Source: Auanema rhodensis
Taxonomy: Eukaryota > Animalia > Nematoda
Length of the DNA: 64,000 nucleotides
Reading direction: 5' to 3'
NCBI GenBank assembly: GCA_964057225.1
Contig: OZ059898.1
Location: forward strand, 16,554,001-16,618,000
Both the position numbers and the translations under genes were made by a program. The notes beneath the pieces were generated by a model. It was not told the DNA's origin, made no database searches, and saw only the letters and a list, made by a program, of their open reading frames with translations. Positions 27,501 through 41,300 of this stretch are shown in pieces (the stretch's first letter is position 1; the number at the start of each line of letters is the position of its first letter).

Positions 27501-30500
27501 AAATTTCAAAGTCATGGTTACCATGAACCAATATCAATGAAAATTTGTTTTTAGACTAATATGGACATGGGGAATCTAATTTTGAAAACCGCATCTTTTT
27601 ATCTTTCACGTGAAGCGAGTTACATACCAAGTGCACATCACGTGTACATTTAATTAGCATTAATTAAAGTTCACGTAAATTTCAAAGTCATGGTTACCAT
27701 GCACCAATATCAATAAAAATTTGTTTTTAGACTAATATGGACATGGGGAATCTAATTTTGAAAACCGCATCTCTTTATCTTTCACGTGAAGCGAGTTACA
27801 TACCGAGTGCACATCACGTGTACATTTAATTAGCATAAATTAAAGTTCACGTAAATTTCAAAGTCATGGTTACCATGAACCAATATCAATAAAAATTTGT
27901 TTTTAGACTAATATGGACATGGTGAATCTAATTTTGAAAACCTCATCTCTTTATCTTTCACGTGAAGCGAGTTACATACCGAGTGCACATCACGTGTACA
28001 TTTAATTAGCATTAATTAAAGTTCACGTAAATTTCAAAGTCATGGTTACCATGCACCAATATCAATAAAAATTTGTTTTTAGACTAATATGGACATGGGG
28101 AATCTAATTTTGAAAACCGCATCTCTTTATCTTTCACGTGAAGCGAGTTACATACCAAGTGCACATCACGTGTACATTTAATTAGCATTAATTAAAGTTC
28201 ACGTAAATTTCAAAGTCATGGTTACCATGAACCAATATCAATAAAAATTTGTTTTTAGACTAATATGGACATGGGGAATCTAATTTTGAAAACCGCATCT
28301 CTTTATCTTTCACGTGAAGCGAGTTACATACCAAGTGCACATCACGTGTACATTTAATTAGCATAAATTAAAGTTCACGTAAATTTCAAAGTCATGGTTA
28401 CCATGCACCAATATCAATAAAAATTTGTTTTTAGACTAATATGGACATGGGGAATCTAATTTTGAAAACCGCATCTCTTTATCTTTCACGTGAAGCGAGT
28501 TACATACCAAGTGCACATCACGTGTACATTTAATTAGCATAACTTAAAGTTCACGTAAATTTCAAAGTCATGGTTACCATGCACCAATATCAATAAAAAT
28601 TAGTTTTTAGACTAATATGGACATGGGGAATCTAATTTTGAAAACCGCATCTCTTTATCTTTCACGTGAAGCGAGTTACATACCAAGTGCACATCACGTG
28701 TACATTTAATTAGCATAAATTGAAGTTCACGTAAATTTCAAAGTCATGGTTACCATGAACCAATATCAATGAAAATTTGTTTTTAGACTAATATGGACAT
28801 GGGGAATCTAATTTTGAAAACCGCATCTTTTTATCTTTCACGTGAAGCGAGTTACATACCGAGTGCACATCACGTGTACATTTAATTAGCATTAATTAAA
28901 GTTCACGTAAATTTCAAAGTCATGGTTACCATGCACCAATATCAATAAAAATTTGTTTTTAGACTAATATGGACATGGGGAATCTAATTTTGAAAACCGC
29001 ATCTCTTTATCTTTCACGTGAAGCGAGTTACATACCGAGTGCACATCACGTGTACATTTAATTAGCATAAATTAAAGTTCACGTAAATTTCAAAGTCATG
29101 GTTACCATGAACCAATATCAATAAAAATTTGTTTTTAGACTAATATGGACATGGGGAATCTAATTTTGAAAACCGCATCTCTTTATCTTTCACGTGAAGC
29201 GAGTTACATACCGAGTGCACATCACGTGTACATTTAATTAGCATAAATTAAAGTTCACGTAAATTTCAAAGTCATGGTTACCATGAACCAATATCAATAA
29301 AAATTTGTTTTTAGACTAATATGGACATGGGGAATCTAATTTTGAAAACCGCATCTCTTTATCTTTCACGTGAAGCGAGTTACATACCGAGTGCACATCA
29401 CGTGTACATTTAATTAGCATTAATTAAAGTTCACGTAAATTTCAAAGTCATGGTTACCATGCACCAATATCAATAAAAATTTGTTTTTAGACTAATATGG
29501 ACATGGGGAATCTAATTTTGAAAACCGCATCTCTTTATCTTTCACGTGAAGCGAGTTACATACCGAGTGCACATCACGTGTACATTTAATTAGCATAAAT
29601 TAAAGTTCACGTAAATTTCAAAGTCATGGTTACCATGAACCAATATCAATAAAAATTTGTTTTTAGACTAATATGGACATGGGGAATCTAATTTTGAAAA
29701 CCGCATCTCTTTATCTTTCACGTGAAGCGAGTTACATACCGAGTGCACATCACGTGTACATTTAATTAGCATAAATTAAAGTTCACGTAAATTTCAAAGT
29801 CATGGTTACCATGAACCAATATCAATAAAAATTTGTTTTTAGACTAATATGGACATGGGGAATCTAATTTTGAAAACCGCATCTCTTTATCTTTCACGTG
29901 AAGCGAGTTACATACCGAGTGCACATCACGTGTACATTTAATTAGCATTAATTAAAGTTCACGTAAATTTCAAAGTCATGGTTACCATGCACCAATATCA
30001 ATAAAAATTTGTTTTTAGACTAATATGGACATGGGGAATCTAATTTTGAAAACCGCATCTCTTTATCTTTCACGTGAAGCGAGTTACATACCGAGTGCAC
30101 ATCACGTGTACATTTAATTAGCATAAATTAAAGTTCACGTAAATTTCAAAGTCATGGTTACCATGAACCAATATCAATAAAAATTTGTTTTTAGACTAAT
30201 ATGGACATGGGGAATCTAATTTTGAAAACCGCATCTCTTTATCTTTCACGTGAAGCGAGTTACATACCAAGTGCACATCACGTGTACATTTAATTAGCAT
30301 AAATTAAAGTTCACGTAAATTTCAAAGTCATGGTTACCATGCACCAATATCAATAAAAATTTGTTTTTAGACTAATATGGACATGGGGAATCTAATTTTG
30401 AAAACAGCATCTCTTTATCTTTCACGTGAAGCGAGTTACATACCGAGTGCACATCACGTGTACATTTAATTAGCATAAATTAAAGTTCACGTAAATTTCA

Positions 30501-31260
30501 AAGTCATGGTTACCATGAACCAATATCAATAAAAATTTGTTTTTAGACTAATATGGACATGGGGAATCTAATTTTGAAAACCGCATCTCTTTATCTTTCA
30601 CGTGAAGCGAGTTACATACCAAGTGCACATCACGTGTACATTTAATTAGCATAAATTAAAGTTCACGTAAATTTCAAAGACATGGTTACCATGAACCAAT
30701 ATCAATAAAAATTTGTTTTTAGACTAATATGGACATGGTGAATCTAATTTTGAAAACCGCATCTCTTTATCTTTCACGTGAAGCGAGTTACATACCAAGT
30801 TCACATCACGTGTACATTTAATTAGCATAAATTAAAGTTCACGTAAATTTCAAAGACATGGTTACCATGAACCAATATCAATAAAAATTTGTTTTTAGAC
30901 TAATATGGACATGGGAAATCTAATTTTGAAAACTGCATCTCTTTATCTTTCACGTGAAGCGAGTTACATACCGAGTGCACATCACGTGTACATTTAATTA
31001 GCATAAATTAAAGTTCACGTAAATTTCAAAGTCATGGTTACCATGAACCAATATCAATAAAAATTTGTTTTTAGACTAATATGGACATGGGGAATCTAAT
31101 TTTGAAAACCGCATCTCTTTATCTTTCACGTGAAGCGAGTTACATACCAAGTGCACATCACGTGTACATTTAATTAGCCTAAATTAAAGTTCACGTAAAT
31201 TTCAAAGTCATGGTTACCATGCACCAATATCAATAAAAATTTGTTTTTAGACTAATATGG

Positions 31261-31458
31261 ACATGGGGAATCTAATTTTGAATCTAATTTTGAATCTAAT
31301 TTTGAAAACCGCATCTCTTTCTTTCACGTGAAGCGAGTTACATACCAAGTGCACATCACGTGTACATTTAATTAGCATAAATTAAAGTTCACGTAAATTT
31401 CAAAGACATGGTTACCATGAACCAATATCAATAAAAATTTGTTTTTAGACTAATATGG
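31261..31458 (+). repeat. Expanded 198-bp monomer: (GAATCTAATTTT)x3 plus a 2-bp AT deletion
   Basis: Read directly; +24 -2 = +22 bp, and the next monomer starts at 31459. Confidence 0.96.
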
Positions 31459-34400
31459 ACATGGGGAATCTAATTTTGAAAACCGCATCTTTTTATCTTT
31501 CACGTGAAGCGAGTTACATACCAAGTGCACATCACGTGTACATTTAATTAGCATTAATTAAAGTTCACGTAAATTTCAAAGTCATGGTTACCATGCACCA
31601 ATATCAATAAAAATTTGTTTTTAGACTAATATGGACATGGGGAATCTAATTTTGAAAACCGCATCTCTTTATCTTTCACGTGAAGCGAGTTACATACCAA
31701 GTGCACATCACGTGTACATTTAATTAGCATAACTTAAAGTTCACGTAAATTTCAAAGTCATGGTTACCATGCACCAATATCAATAAAAATTTGTTTTTAG
31801 ACTAATATGGACATGGGGAATCTAATTTTGAAAACCGCATCTCTTTATCTTTCACGTGAAGCGAGTTACATACCAAGTGCACATCACGTGTACATTTAAT
31901 TAGCATAAATTGAAGTTCACGTAAATTTCAAAGTCATGGTTACCATGAACCAATATCAATGAAAATTTGTTTTTAGACTAATATGGACATGGGGAATCTA
32001 ATTTTGAAAACCGCATCTTTTTATCTTTCACGTGAAGCGAGTTACATACCGAGTGCACATCACGTGTACATTTAATTAGCATTAATTAAAGTTCACGTAA
32101 ATTTCAAAGTCATGGTTACCATGCACCAATATCAATAAAATTTGTTTTTAGACTAATATGGACATGGGGAATCTAATTTTGAAAACCGCATCTCTTTATC
32201 TTTCACGTGAAGCGAGTTACATACCGAGTGCACATCACGTGTACATTTAATTAGCATAAATTAAAGTTCACGTAAATTTCAAAGTCATGGTTACCATGAA
32301 CCAATATCAATAAAAATTTGTTTTTAGACTAATATGGACATGGGCAATCTAATTTTGAAAACCGCATCTCTTTATCTTTCACGTGAAGCGAGTTACATAC
32401 CAAGTGCACATCACGTGTACATTTAATTAGCATAAATTAAAGTTCACGTAAATTTCAAAGTCATGGTTACCATGCACCAATATCAATAAAAATTTGTTTT
32501 TAGACTAATATGGACATGGGGAATCTAATTTTGAAAACCGCATCTCTTTATCTTTCACGTGAAGCGAGTTACATACCGAGTGCACATCACGTGTACATTT
32601 AATTAGCATAAATTAAAGTTCACGTAAATTTCAAAGTCATGGTTACCATGAACCAATATCAATAAAAATTTGTTTTTAGACTAATATGGACATGGGGAAT
32701 CTAATTTTGAAAACCGCATCTCTTTATCTTTCACGTGAAGCGAGTTACATACCAAGTGCACATCACGTGTACATTTAATTAGCATAAATTAAAGTTCACG
32801 TAAATTTCAAAGACATGGTTACCATGAACCAATATCAATAAAAATTTGTTTTTAGACTAATATGGACATGGTGAATCTAATTTTGAAAACCGCATCTCTT
32901 TATCTTTCACGTGAAGCGAGTTACATACCAAGTTCACATCACGTGTACATTTAATTAGCATAAATTAAAGTTCACGTAAATTTCAAAGTCATGGTTACCA
33001 TGAACCAATATCAATAAAAATTTGTTTTTAGACTAATATGGACATGGGGAATCTAATTTTGAAAACCGCATCTCTTTATCTTTCACGTGAAGCGAGTTAC
33101 ATACCAAGTGCACATCACGTGTACATTTAATTAGCATAAATTAAAGTTCACTTAAATTTCAAAGTCATGGTTACCATGAACCAATATCAATAAAAATTTG
33201 TTTTTAGACTAATATGGACATGGGGAATCTAATTTTGAAAACCGCATCTCTTTATCTCTCACGTGAAGCGAGTTACATATCGAGTGCACATCACGTGTAC
33301 ATTTAATTAGCATAAATTAAAGTTCACGTAAATTTCAAAGTCATGGTTACCATGAACCAATATCAATAAAAATTTGTTTTTAGACTAATATGGACATGGG
33401 GAATCTAATTTTGAAAACCGCATCTCTCTATCTTTCACGTGAAGCGAGTTACATACCGAGTGCACATCACGTGTACATTTAATTAGCATAAATTAAAGTT
33501 CACGTAAATTTCAAAGTCATGGTTACCATGAACCAATATCAATAAAAATTTGTTTTTAGACTAATATGGACATGGGGAATCTAATTTTGAAAACCGCATC
33601 TCTTTATCTTTCACGTGAAGCGAGTTACATACCAAGTGCACATCACGTGTACATTTAATTAGCATAAATTAAAGTTCACGTAAATTTCAAAGTCATGGTT
33701 ACCATGCACCAATATCAATAAAAATTTGTTTTTAGACTAATATGGACATGGGGAATCTAATTTTGAAAACCGCATCTCTGTATCTTTCACGTGAAGCGAG
33801 TTACATACCAAGTGCACATCACGTGTACATTTAATTAGCATTAATTAAAGTTCACGTAAATTTCAAAGTCATGGTTACCATGAACCAATATCAATAAAAA
33901 TTTGTTTTTAGACTAATATGGACATGGGGAATCTAATTTTGAAAACCGCATCTCTTTATCTTTCACGTGAAGCGAGTTACATACCAAGTGCACATCACGT
34001 GTACATTTAATTAGCATAAATTAAAGTTCACGTAAATTTCAAAGTCATGGTTACCATGCACCAATATCAATAAAAATTTGTTTTTAGACTAATATGGACA
34101 TGGGGAATCAAATTTTGAAAACCGCATCTCTTTATCTTTCACGTGAAGCGAGTTACATACCGAGTGCACATCACGTGTACATTTAATTAGCATAAATTAA
34201 AGTTCACGTAAATTTCAAAGTCATGGTTACCATGAACCAATATCAATAAAAATTTGTTTTTAGACTAATATGGACATGGGGAATCTAATTTTGAAAACCG
34301 CATCTTTTTATCTTTCACGTGAAGCGAGTTACATACCAAGTGCACATCACGTGTACATTTAATTAGCATTAATTAAAGTTCACGTAAATTTCAAAGTCAT

Positions 34401-34801
34401 GGTTACCATGCACCAATATCAATAAAAATTTGTTTTTAGACTAATATGGACATGGGGAATCTAATTTTGAAAACCGCATCTCTTTATCTTTCACGTGAAG
34501 CGAGTTACATACCAAGTGCACATCACGTGTACATTTAATTAGCATAACTTAAAGTTCACGTAAATTTCAAAGTCATGGTTACCATGAACCAATATCAATA
34601 AAAATTTGTTTTTAGACTAATATGGACATGGGGAATCTAATTTTGAAAACCGCATCTCTTTATCTTTCACGTGAAGCGAGTTACATACCAAGTGCACATC
34701 ACGTGTACATTTAATTAGCCTAAATTAAAGTTCACGTAAATTTCAAAGTCATGGTTACCATGCACCAATATCAATAAAAATTTGTTTTTAGACTAATATG
34801 G

Positions 34802-34999
34802 ACATGGGGAATCTAATTTTGAATCTAATTTTGAATCTAATTTTGAAAACCGCATCTCTTTCTTTCACGTGAAGCGAGTTACATACCAAGTGCACATCAC
34901 GTGTACATTTAATTAGCATAAATTAAAGTTCACGTAAATTTCAAAGACATGGTTACCATGAACCAATATCAATAAAAATTTGTTTTTAGACTAATATGG
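34802..34999 (+). repeat. Second copy of the 198-bp monomer
   Basis: Same triplication, same AT deletion and same T124A variant, 3541 bp (20 monomers) downstream. Confidence 0.96.
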
Positions 35000-37900
35000 A
35001 CATGGGGAATCTAATTTTGAAAACCGCATCTTTTTATCTTTCACGTGAAGCGAGTTACATACCAAGTGCACATCACGTGTACATTTAATTAGCATTAATT
35101 AAAGTTCACGTAAATTTCAAAGTCATGGTTACCATGCACCAATATCAATAAAAATTTGTTTTTAGACTAATATGGACATGGGGAATCTAATTTTGAAAAC
35201 CGCATCTCTTTATCTTTCACGTGAAGCGAGTTACATACCAAGTGCACATCACGTGTACATTTAATTAGCATAACTTAAAGTTCACGTAAATTTCAAAGTC
35301 ATGGTTACCATGCACCAATATCAATAAAAATTTGTTTTTAGACTAATATGGACATGGGGAATCTAATTTTGAAAACCGCATCTCTTTATCTTTCACGTGA
35401 AGCGAGTTACATACCAAGTGCACATCACGTGTACATTTAATTAGCATAAATTGAAGTTCACGTAAATTTCAAAGTCATGGTTACCATGAACCAATATCAA
35501 TGAAAATTTGTTTTTAGACTAATATGGACATGGGGAATCTAATTTTGAAAACCGCATCTTTTTATCTTTCACGTGAAGCGAGTTACATACCGAGTGCACA
35601 TCACGTGTACATTTAATTAGCATTAATTAAAGTTCACGTAAATTTCAAAGTCATGGTTACCATGCACCAATATCAATAAAAATTTGTTTTTAGACTAATA
35701 TGGACATGGGAATCTAATTTTGAAAACCGCATCTCTTTATCTTTCACGTGAAGCGAGTTACATACCAAGTGCACATCACGTGTACATTTAATTAGCATAA
35801 ATTAAAGTTCACGTAAATTTCAAAGTCATGGTTACCATGCACCAATATCAATAAAAATTTGTTTTTAGACTAATATGGACATGGGGAATCTAATTTTGAA
35901 AACCGCATCTCTTTATCTTTCACGTGAAGCGAGTTACATACCAAGTGCACATCACGTGTACATTTAATTAGCATAAATTAAAGTTCACGTAAATTTCAAA
36001 GACATGGTTACCATGAACCAATATCAATAAAAATTTGTTTTTAGACTAATATGGACATGGGGAATCTAATTTTGAAAACCGCATCTCTTTATCTCTCACG
36101 TGAAGCGAGTTACATACCGAGTGCACATCACGTGTACATTTAATTAGCATAAATTAAAGTTCACGTAAATTTCAAAGTCATGGTTACCATGAACCAATAT
36201 CAATAAAAATTTGTTTTTAGACTAATATGGACATGGGGAATCTAATTTTGAAAACCGCATCTCTTTATCTTTCACGTGAAGCGAGTTACATACCAAGTGC
36301 ACATCACGTGTACATTTAATTAGCATAACTTAAAGTTCACGTAAATTTCAAAGTCATGGTTACCATGCACCAATATCAATAAAAATTTGTTTTTAGACTA
36401 ATATGGACATGGGGAATCTAATTTTGTAAACCGCATCTCTTTATCTTTCACGTGAAGCGAGTTACATACCAAGTGCACATCACGTGTACATTTAATTAGC
36501 ATAAATTGAAGTTCACGTAAATTTCAAAGTCATGGTTACCATGAACCAATATCAATGAAAATTTGTTTTTAGACTAATATGGACATGGGGAATCTAATTT
36601 TGAAAACCGCATCTCTTTATCTTTCACGTGAAGCGAGTTACATACCGAGTGCACATCACGTGTACATTTAATTAGCATAAATTAAAGTTCACGTAAATTT
36701 CAAAGTCATGGTTACCATGAACCAATATCAATAAAAATTTGTTTTTAGACTAATATGGACATGGGGAATCTAATTTTGAAAACCGCATCTCTTTATCTTT
36801 CACGTGAAGCGAGTTACATACCAAGTGCACATCACGTGTACATTTAATTAGCATAAATTAAAGTTCACGTAAATTTCAAAGTCATGGTTACCATGCACCA
36901 ATATCAATAAAAATTTGTTTTTAGACTAATATGGACATGGGGAATCTAATTTTGAAAACCGCATCTCTTTATCTTTCACGTGAAGCGAGTTACATACCAA
37001 GTGCACATCACGTGTACATTTAATTAGCATAAATTAAAGTTCACGTAAATTTCAAAGTCATGGTTACCATGCACCAATATCAATAAAAATTTGTTTTTAG
37101 ACTAATATGGACATGGGGAATCTAATTTTGAAAACCGCATCTCTTTATCTTTCACGTGAAGCGAGTTACATACCAAGTGCACATCACGTGTACATTTAAT
37201 TAGCATAAATTAAAGTTCACGTAAATTTCAAAGTCATGGTTACCATGCACCAATATCAATAAAAATTTGTTTTTAGACTAATATGGACATGGGGAATCTA
37301 ATTTTGAAAACCGCATCTCTTTATCTTTCACGTGAAGCGAGTTACATACCGAGTGCACATCACGTGTACATTTAATTAGCATAAATTAAAGTTCACGTAA
37401 ATTTCAAAGTCATGGTTACCATGAACCAATATCAATAAAAATTTGTTTTTAGACTAATATGGACATGGGGAATCTAATTTTGAAAACCGCATCTCTTTAT
37501 CTTTCACGTGAAGCGAGTTACATACCAAGTGCACATCACGTGTACATTTAATTAGCATAAATTAAAGTTCACGTAAATTTCAAAGTCATGGTTACCATGC
37601 ACCAATATCAATAAAAATTTGTTTTTAGACTAATATGGACATGGGGAATCTAATTTTGAAAACCGCATCTCTTTATCTTTCACGTGAAGCGAGTTACATA
37701 CCGAGTGCACATCACGTGTACATTTAATTAGCATAAATTAAAGTTCACGTAAATTTCAAAGTCATGGTTACCATGAACCAATATCAATAAAAATTTGTTT
37801 TTAGACTAATATGGACATGGGGAATCTAATTTTGAAAACCGCATCTCTTTATCTTTCACGTGAAGCGAGTTACATACCAAGTGCACATCACGTGTACATT

Positions 37901-38342
37901 TAATTAGCATAAATTAAAGTTCACGTAAATTTCAAAGACATGGTTACCATGCACCAATATCAATAAAAATTTGTTTTTAGACTAATATGGACATGGTGAA
38001 TCTAATTTTGAAAACCGCATCTCTTTATCTTTCACGTGAAGCGAGTTACATACCAAGTTCACATCACGTGTACATTTAATTAGCATAAATTAAAGTTCAC
38101 GTAAATTTCAAAGTCATGGTTACCATGAACCAATATCAATAAAAATTTGTTTTTAGACTAATATGGACATGGGGAATCTAATTTTGAAAACCGCATCTCT
38201 TTATCTTTCACGTGAAGCGAGTTACATACCAAGTTCACATCACGTGTACATTTAATTAACATAAATTAAAGTTCACGTAAATTTCAAAGTCATGGTTACC
38301 ATGAACCAATATCAATAAAAATTTGTTTTTAGACTAATATGG

Positions 38343-41300
38343 ACATGGGGAATCTAATTTTGAAAACCGCATCTCTTTATCTTTCACGTGAAGCGAGTTA
38401 CATACCAAGTGCACATCACGTGTACATTTAATTAGCATAAATTAAAGTTCACGTAAATTTCAAAGACATGGTTACCATGCACCAATATCAATAAAAATTT
38501 GTTTTTAGACTAATATGGACATGGTGAATCTAATTTTGAAAACCGCATCTCTTTATCTTTCACGTGAAGCGAGTTACATACCAAGTTCACATCACGTGTA
38601 CATTTAATTAGCATAAATTAAAGTTCACGTAAATTTCAAAGTCATGGTTACCATGAACCAATATCAATAAAAATTTGTTTTTAGACTAATATGGACATGG
38701 GGAATCTAATTTTGAAAACCGCATCTCTTTATCTTTCACGTGAAGCGAGTTACATACCAAGTTCACATCACGTGTACATTTAATTAGCATAAATTAAAGT
38801 TCACGTAAATTTCAAAGTCATGGTTACCATGAACCAATATCAATAAAAATTTGTTTTTAGACTAATATGGACATGGGGAATCTAATTTTGAAAACCGCAT
38901 CTCTTTATCTTTCACGTGAAGCGAGTTACATACCAAGTGCACATCACGTGTACATTTAATTAGCATAAATTAAAGTTCACTTAAATTTCAAAGTCATGGT
39001 TACCATGAACCAATATCAATAAAAATTTGTTTTTAGACTAATATGGACATGGGGAATCTAATTTTGAAAACCGCATCTCTTTATCTCTCACGTGAAGCGA
39101 GTTACATACCGAGTGCACATCACGTGTACATTTAATTAGCATAAATTAAAGTTCACGTAAATTTCAAAGTCATGGTTACCATGAACCAATATCAATAAAA
39201 ATTTGTTTTTAGACTAATATGGACATGGGGAATCTAATTTTGAAAACCGCATCTCTTTATCTTTCACGTGAAGCGAGTTACATACCGAGTGCACATCACG
39301 TGTACATTTAATTAGCATAAATTAAAGTTCACGTAAATTTCAAAGTCATGGTTACCATGAACCAATATCAATAAAAATTTGTTTTTAGACTAATATGGAC
39401 ATGGGGAATCTAATTTTGAAAACCGCATCTCTTTATCTTTCACGTGAAGCGAGTTACATACCAAGTGCACATCACGTGTACATTTAATTAGCATAAATTA
39501 AAGTTCACGTAAATTTCAAAGACATGGTTACCATGAACCAATATCAATAAAAATTTGTTTTTAGACTAATATGGACATGGGGAATCTAATTTTGAAAACC
39601 GCATCTCTTTATCTTTCACGTAAAGCGAGTTACATACCAAGTGCACATCACGTGTACATTTAATTAGCATAAATTAAAGTTCACGTAAATTTCAAAGACA
39701 TGGTTACCATGAACCAATATCAATAAAAATTTGTTTTTAGACTAATATGGACATGGGGAATCTAATTTTGAAAACCGCATCTCTTTATCTTTCACGTGAA
39801 GCGAGTTTCATACCAAGTGCACATCACGTGTACATTTAATTAGCATAAATTAAAGTTCACGTAAATTTCAAAGTCATGGTTACCATGAACCAATATCAAT
39901 AAAAATTTGTTTTTAGACTAATATGGACATGGGGAATCTAATTTTGAAAACCGCATCTCTTTATCTTTCACGTGAAGCGAGTTACATACCAAGTGCACAT
40001 CACGTGTACATTTAATTAGCATAAATTAAAGTTCACGTAAATTTCATAGACATGGTTACCATGAACCAATATCAATAAAAATTTGTTTTTAGACTAATAT
40101 GGACATGGGGAATCTAATTTTGAAAACCGCATCTCTTTATCTTTCACGTGAAGCGAGTTACATACCAAGTGCACATCACGTGTACATTTAATTAGCATAA
40201 ATTAAAGTTCACGTAAATTTCAAAGTCATGGTTACCATGCACCAATATCAATAAAAATTTGTTTTTAGACTAATATGGACATGGGGAATCTAATTTTGAA
40301 AACCGCATCTCTTTATCTTTCACGTGAAGCGAGTTACATACCGAGTGCACATCACGTGTACATTTAATTAGCATAAATTAAAGTTCACGTAAATTTCAAA
40401 GACATGGTTACCATGAACCAATATCAATAAAAATTTGTTTTTAGACTAATATGGACATGGGGAATCTAATTTTGAAAACCGCATCTCTTTATCTTTCACG
40501 TGAAGCGAGTTACATACCGAGTGCACATCACGTGTACATTTAATTAGCATAAATTAAAGTTCACGTAAATTTCAAAGTCATGGTTACCATGAACCAATAT
40601 CAATAAAAATTTGTTTTTAGACTAATATGGACATGGGGAATCTAATTTTGAAAACCGCATCTCTTTATCTTTCACGTGAAGCGAGTTACATACCAAGTGC
40701 ACATCACGTGTACATTTAATTAGCATAAATTAAAGTTCACGTAAATTTCAAAGTCATGGTTACCATGAACCAATATCAATAAAAATTTGTTTTTAGACTA
40801 ATATGGACATGGGGAATCTAATTTTGAAAACCGCATCTCTTTATCTTTCACGTGAAGCGAGTTACATACCGAGTGCACATCACGTGTACATTTAATTAGC
40901 ATAAATTAAAGTTCACGTAAATTTCAAAGTCATGGTTACCATGAACCAATATCAATAAAAATTTGTTTTTAGACTAATATGGACATGGGGAATCTAATTT
41001 TGAAAACCGCATCTCTTTATCTTTCACGTGAAGCGAGTTACATACCAAGTGCACATCACGTGTACATTTAATTAGCATTAATTAAAGTTCACGTAAATTT
41101 CAAAGTCATGGTTACCATGAACCAATATCAATAAAAATTTGTTTTTAGACTAATATGGACATGGGGAATCTAATTTTGAAAACCGCATCTCTTTATCTTT
41201 CACGTGAAGCGAGTTACATACCAAGTGCACATCACGTGTACATTTAATTAGCATAAATTAAAGTTCACGTAAATTTCAAAGTCATGGTTACCATGCACCA

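Noticed and set aside
32137-35710. Two single-base deletions (A-run at 32137-32140, G-run at 35708-35710)
   Set aside because: Both are singleton homopolymer contractions, and the A-run one is absent from the duplicated sister block. They cannot be told apart from long-read consensus errors.
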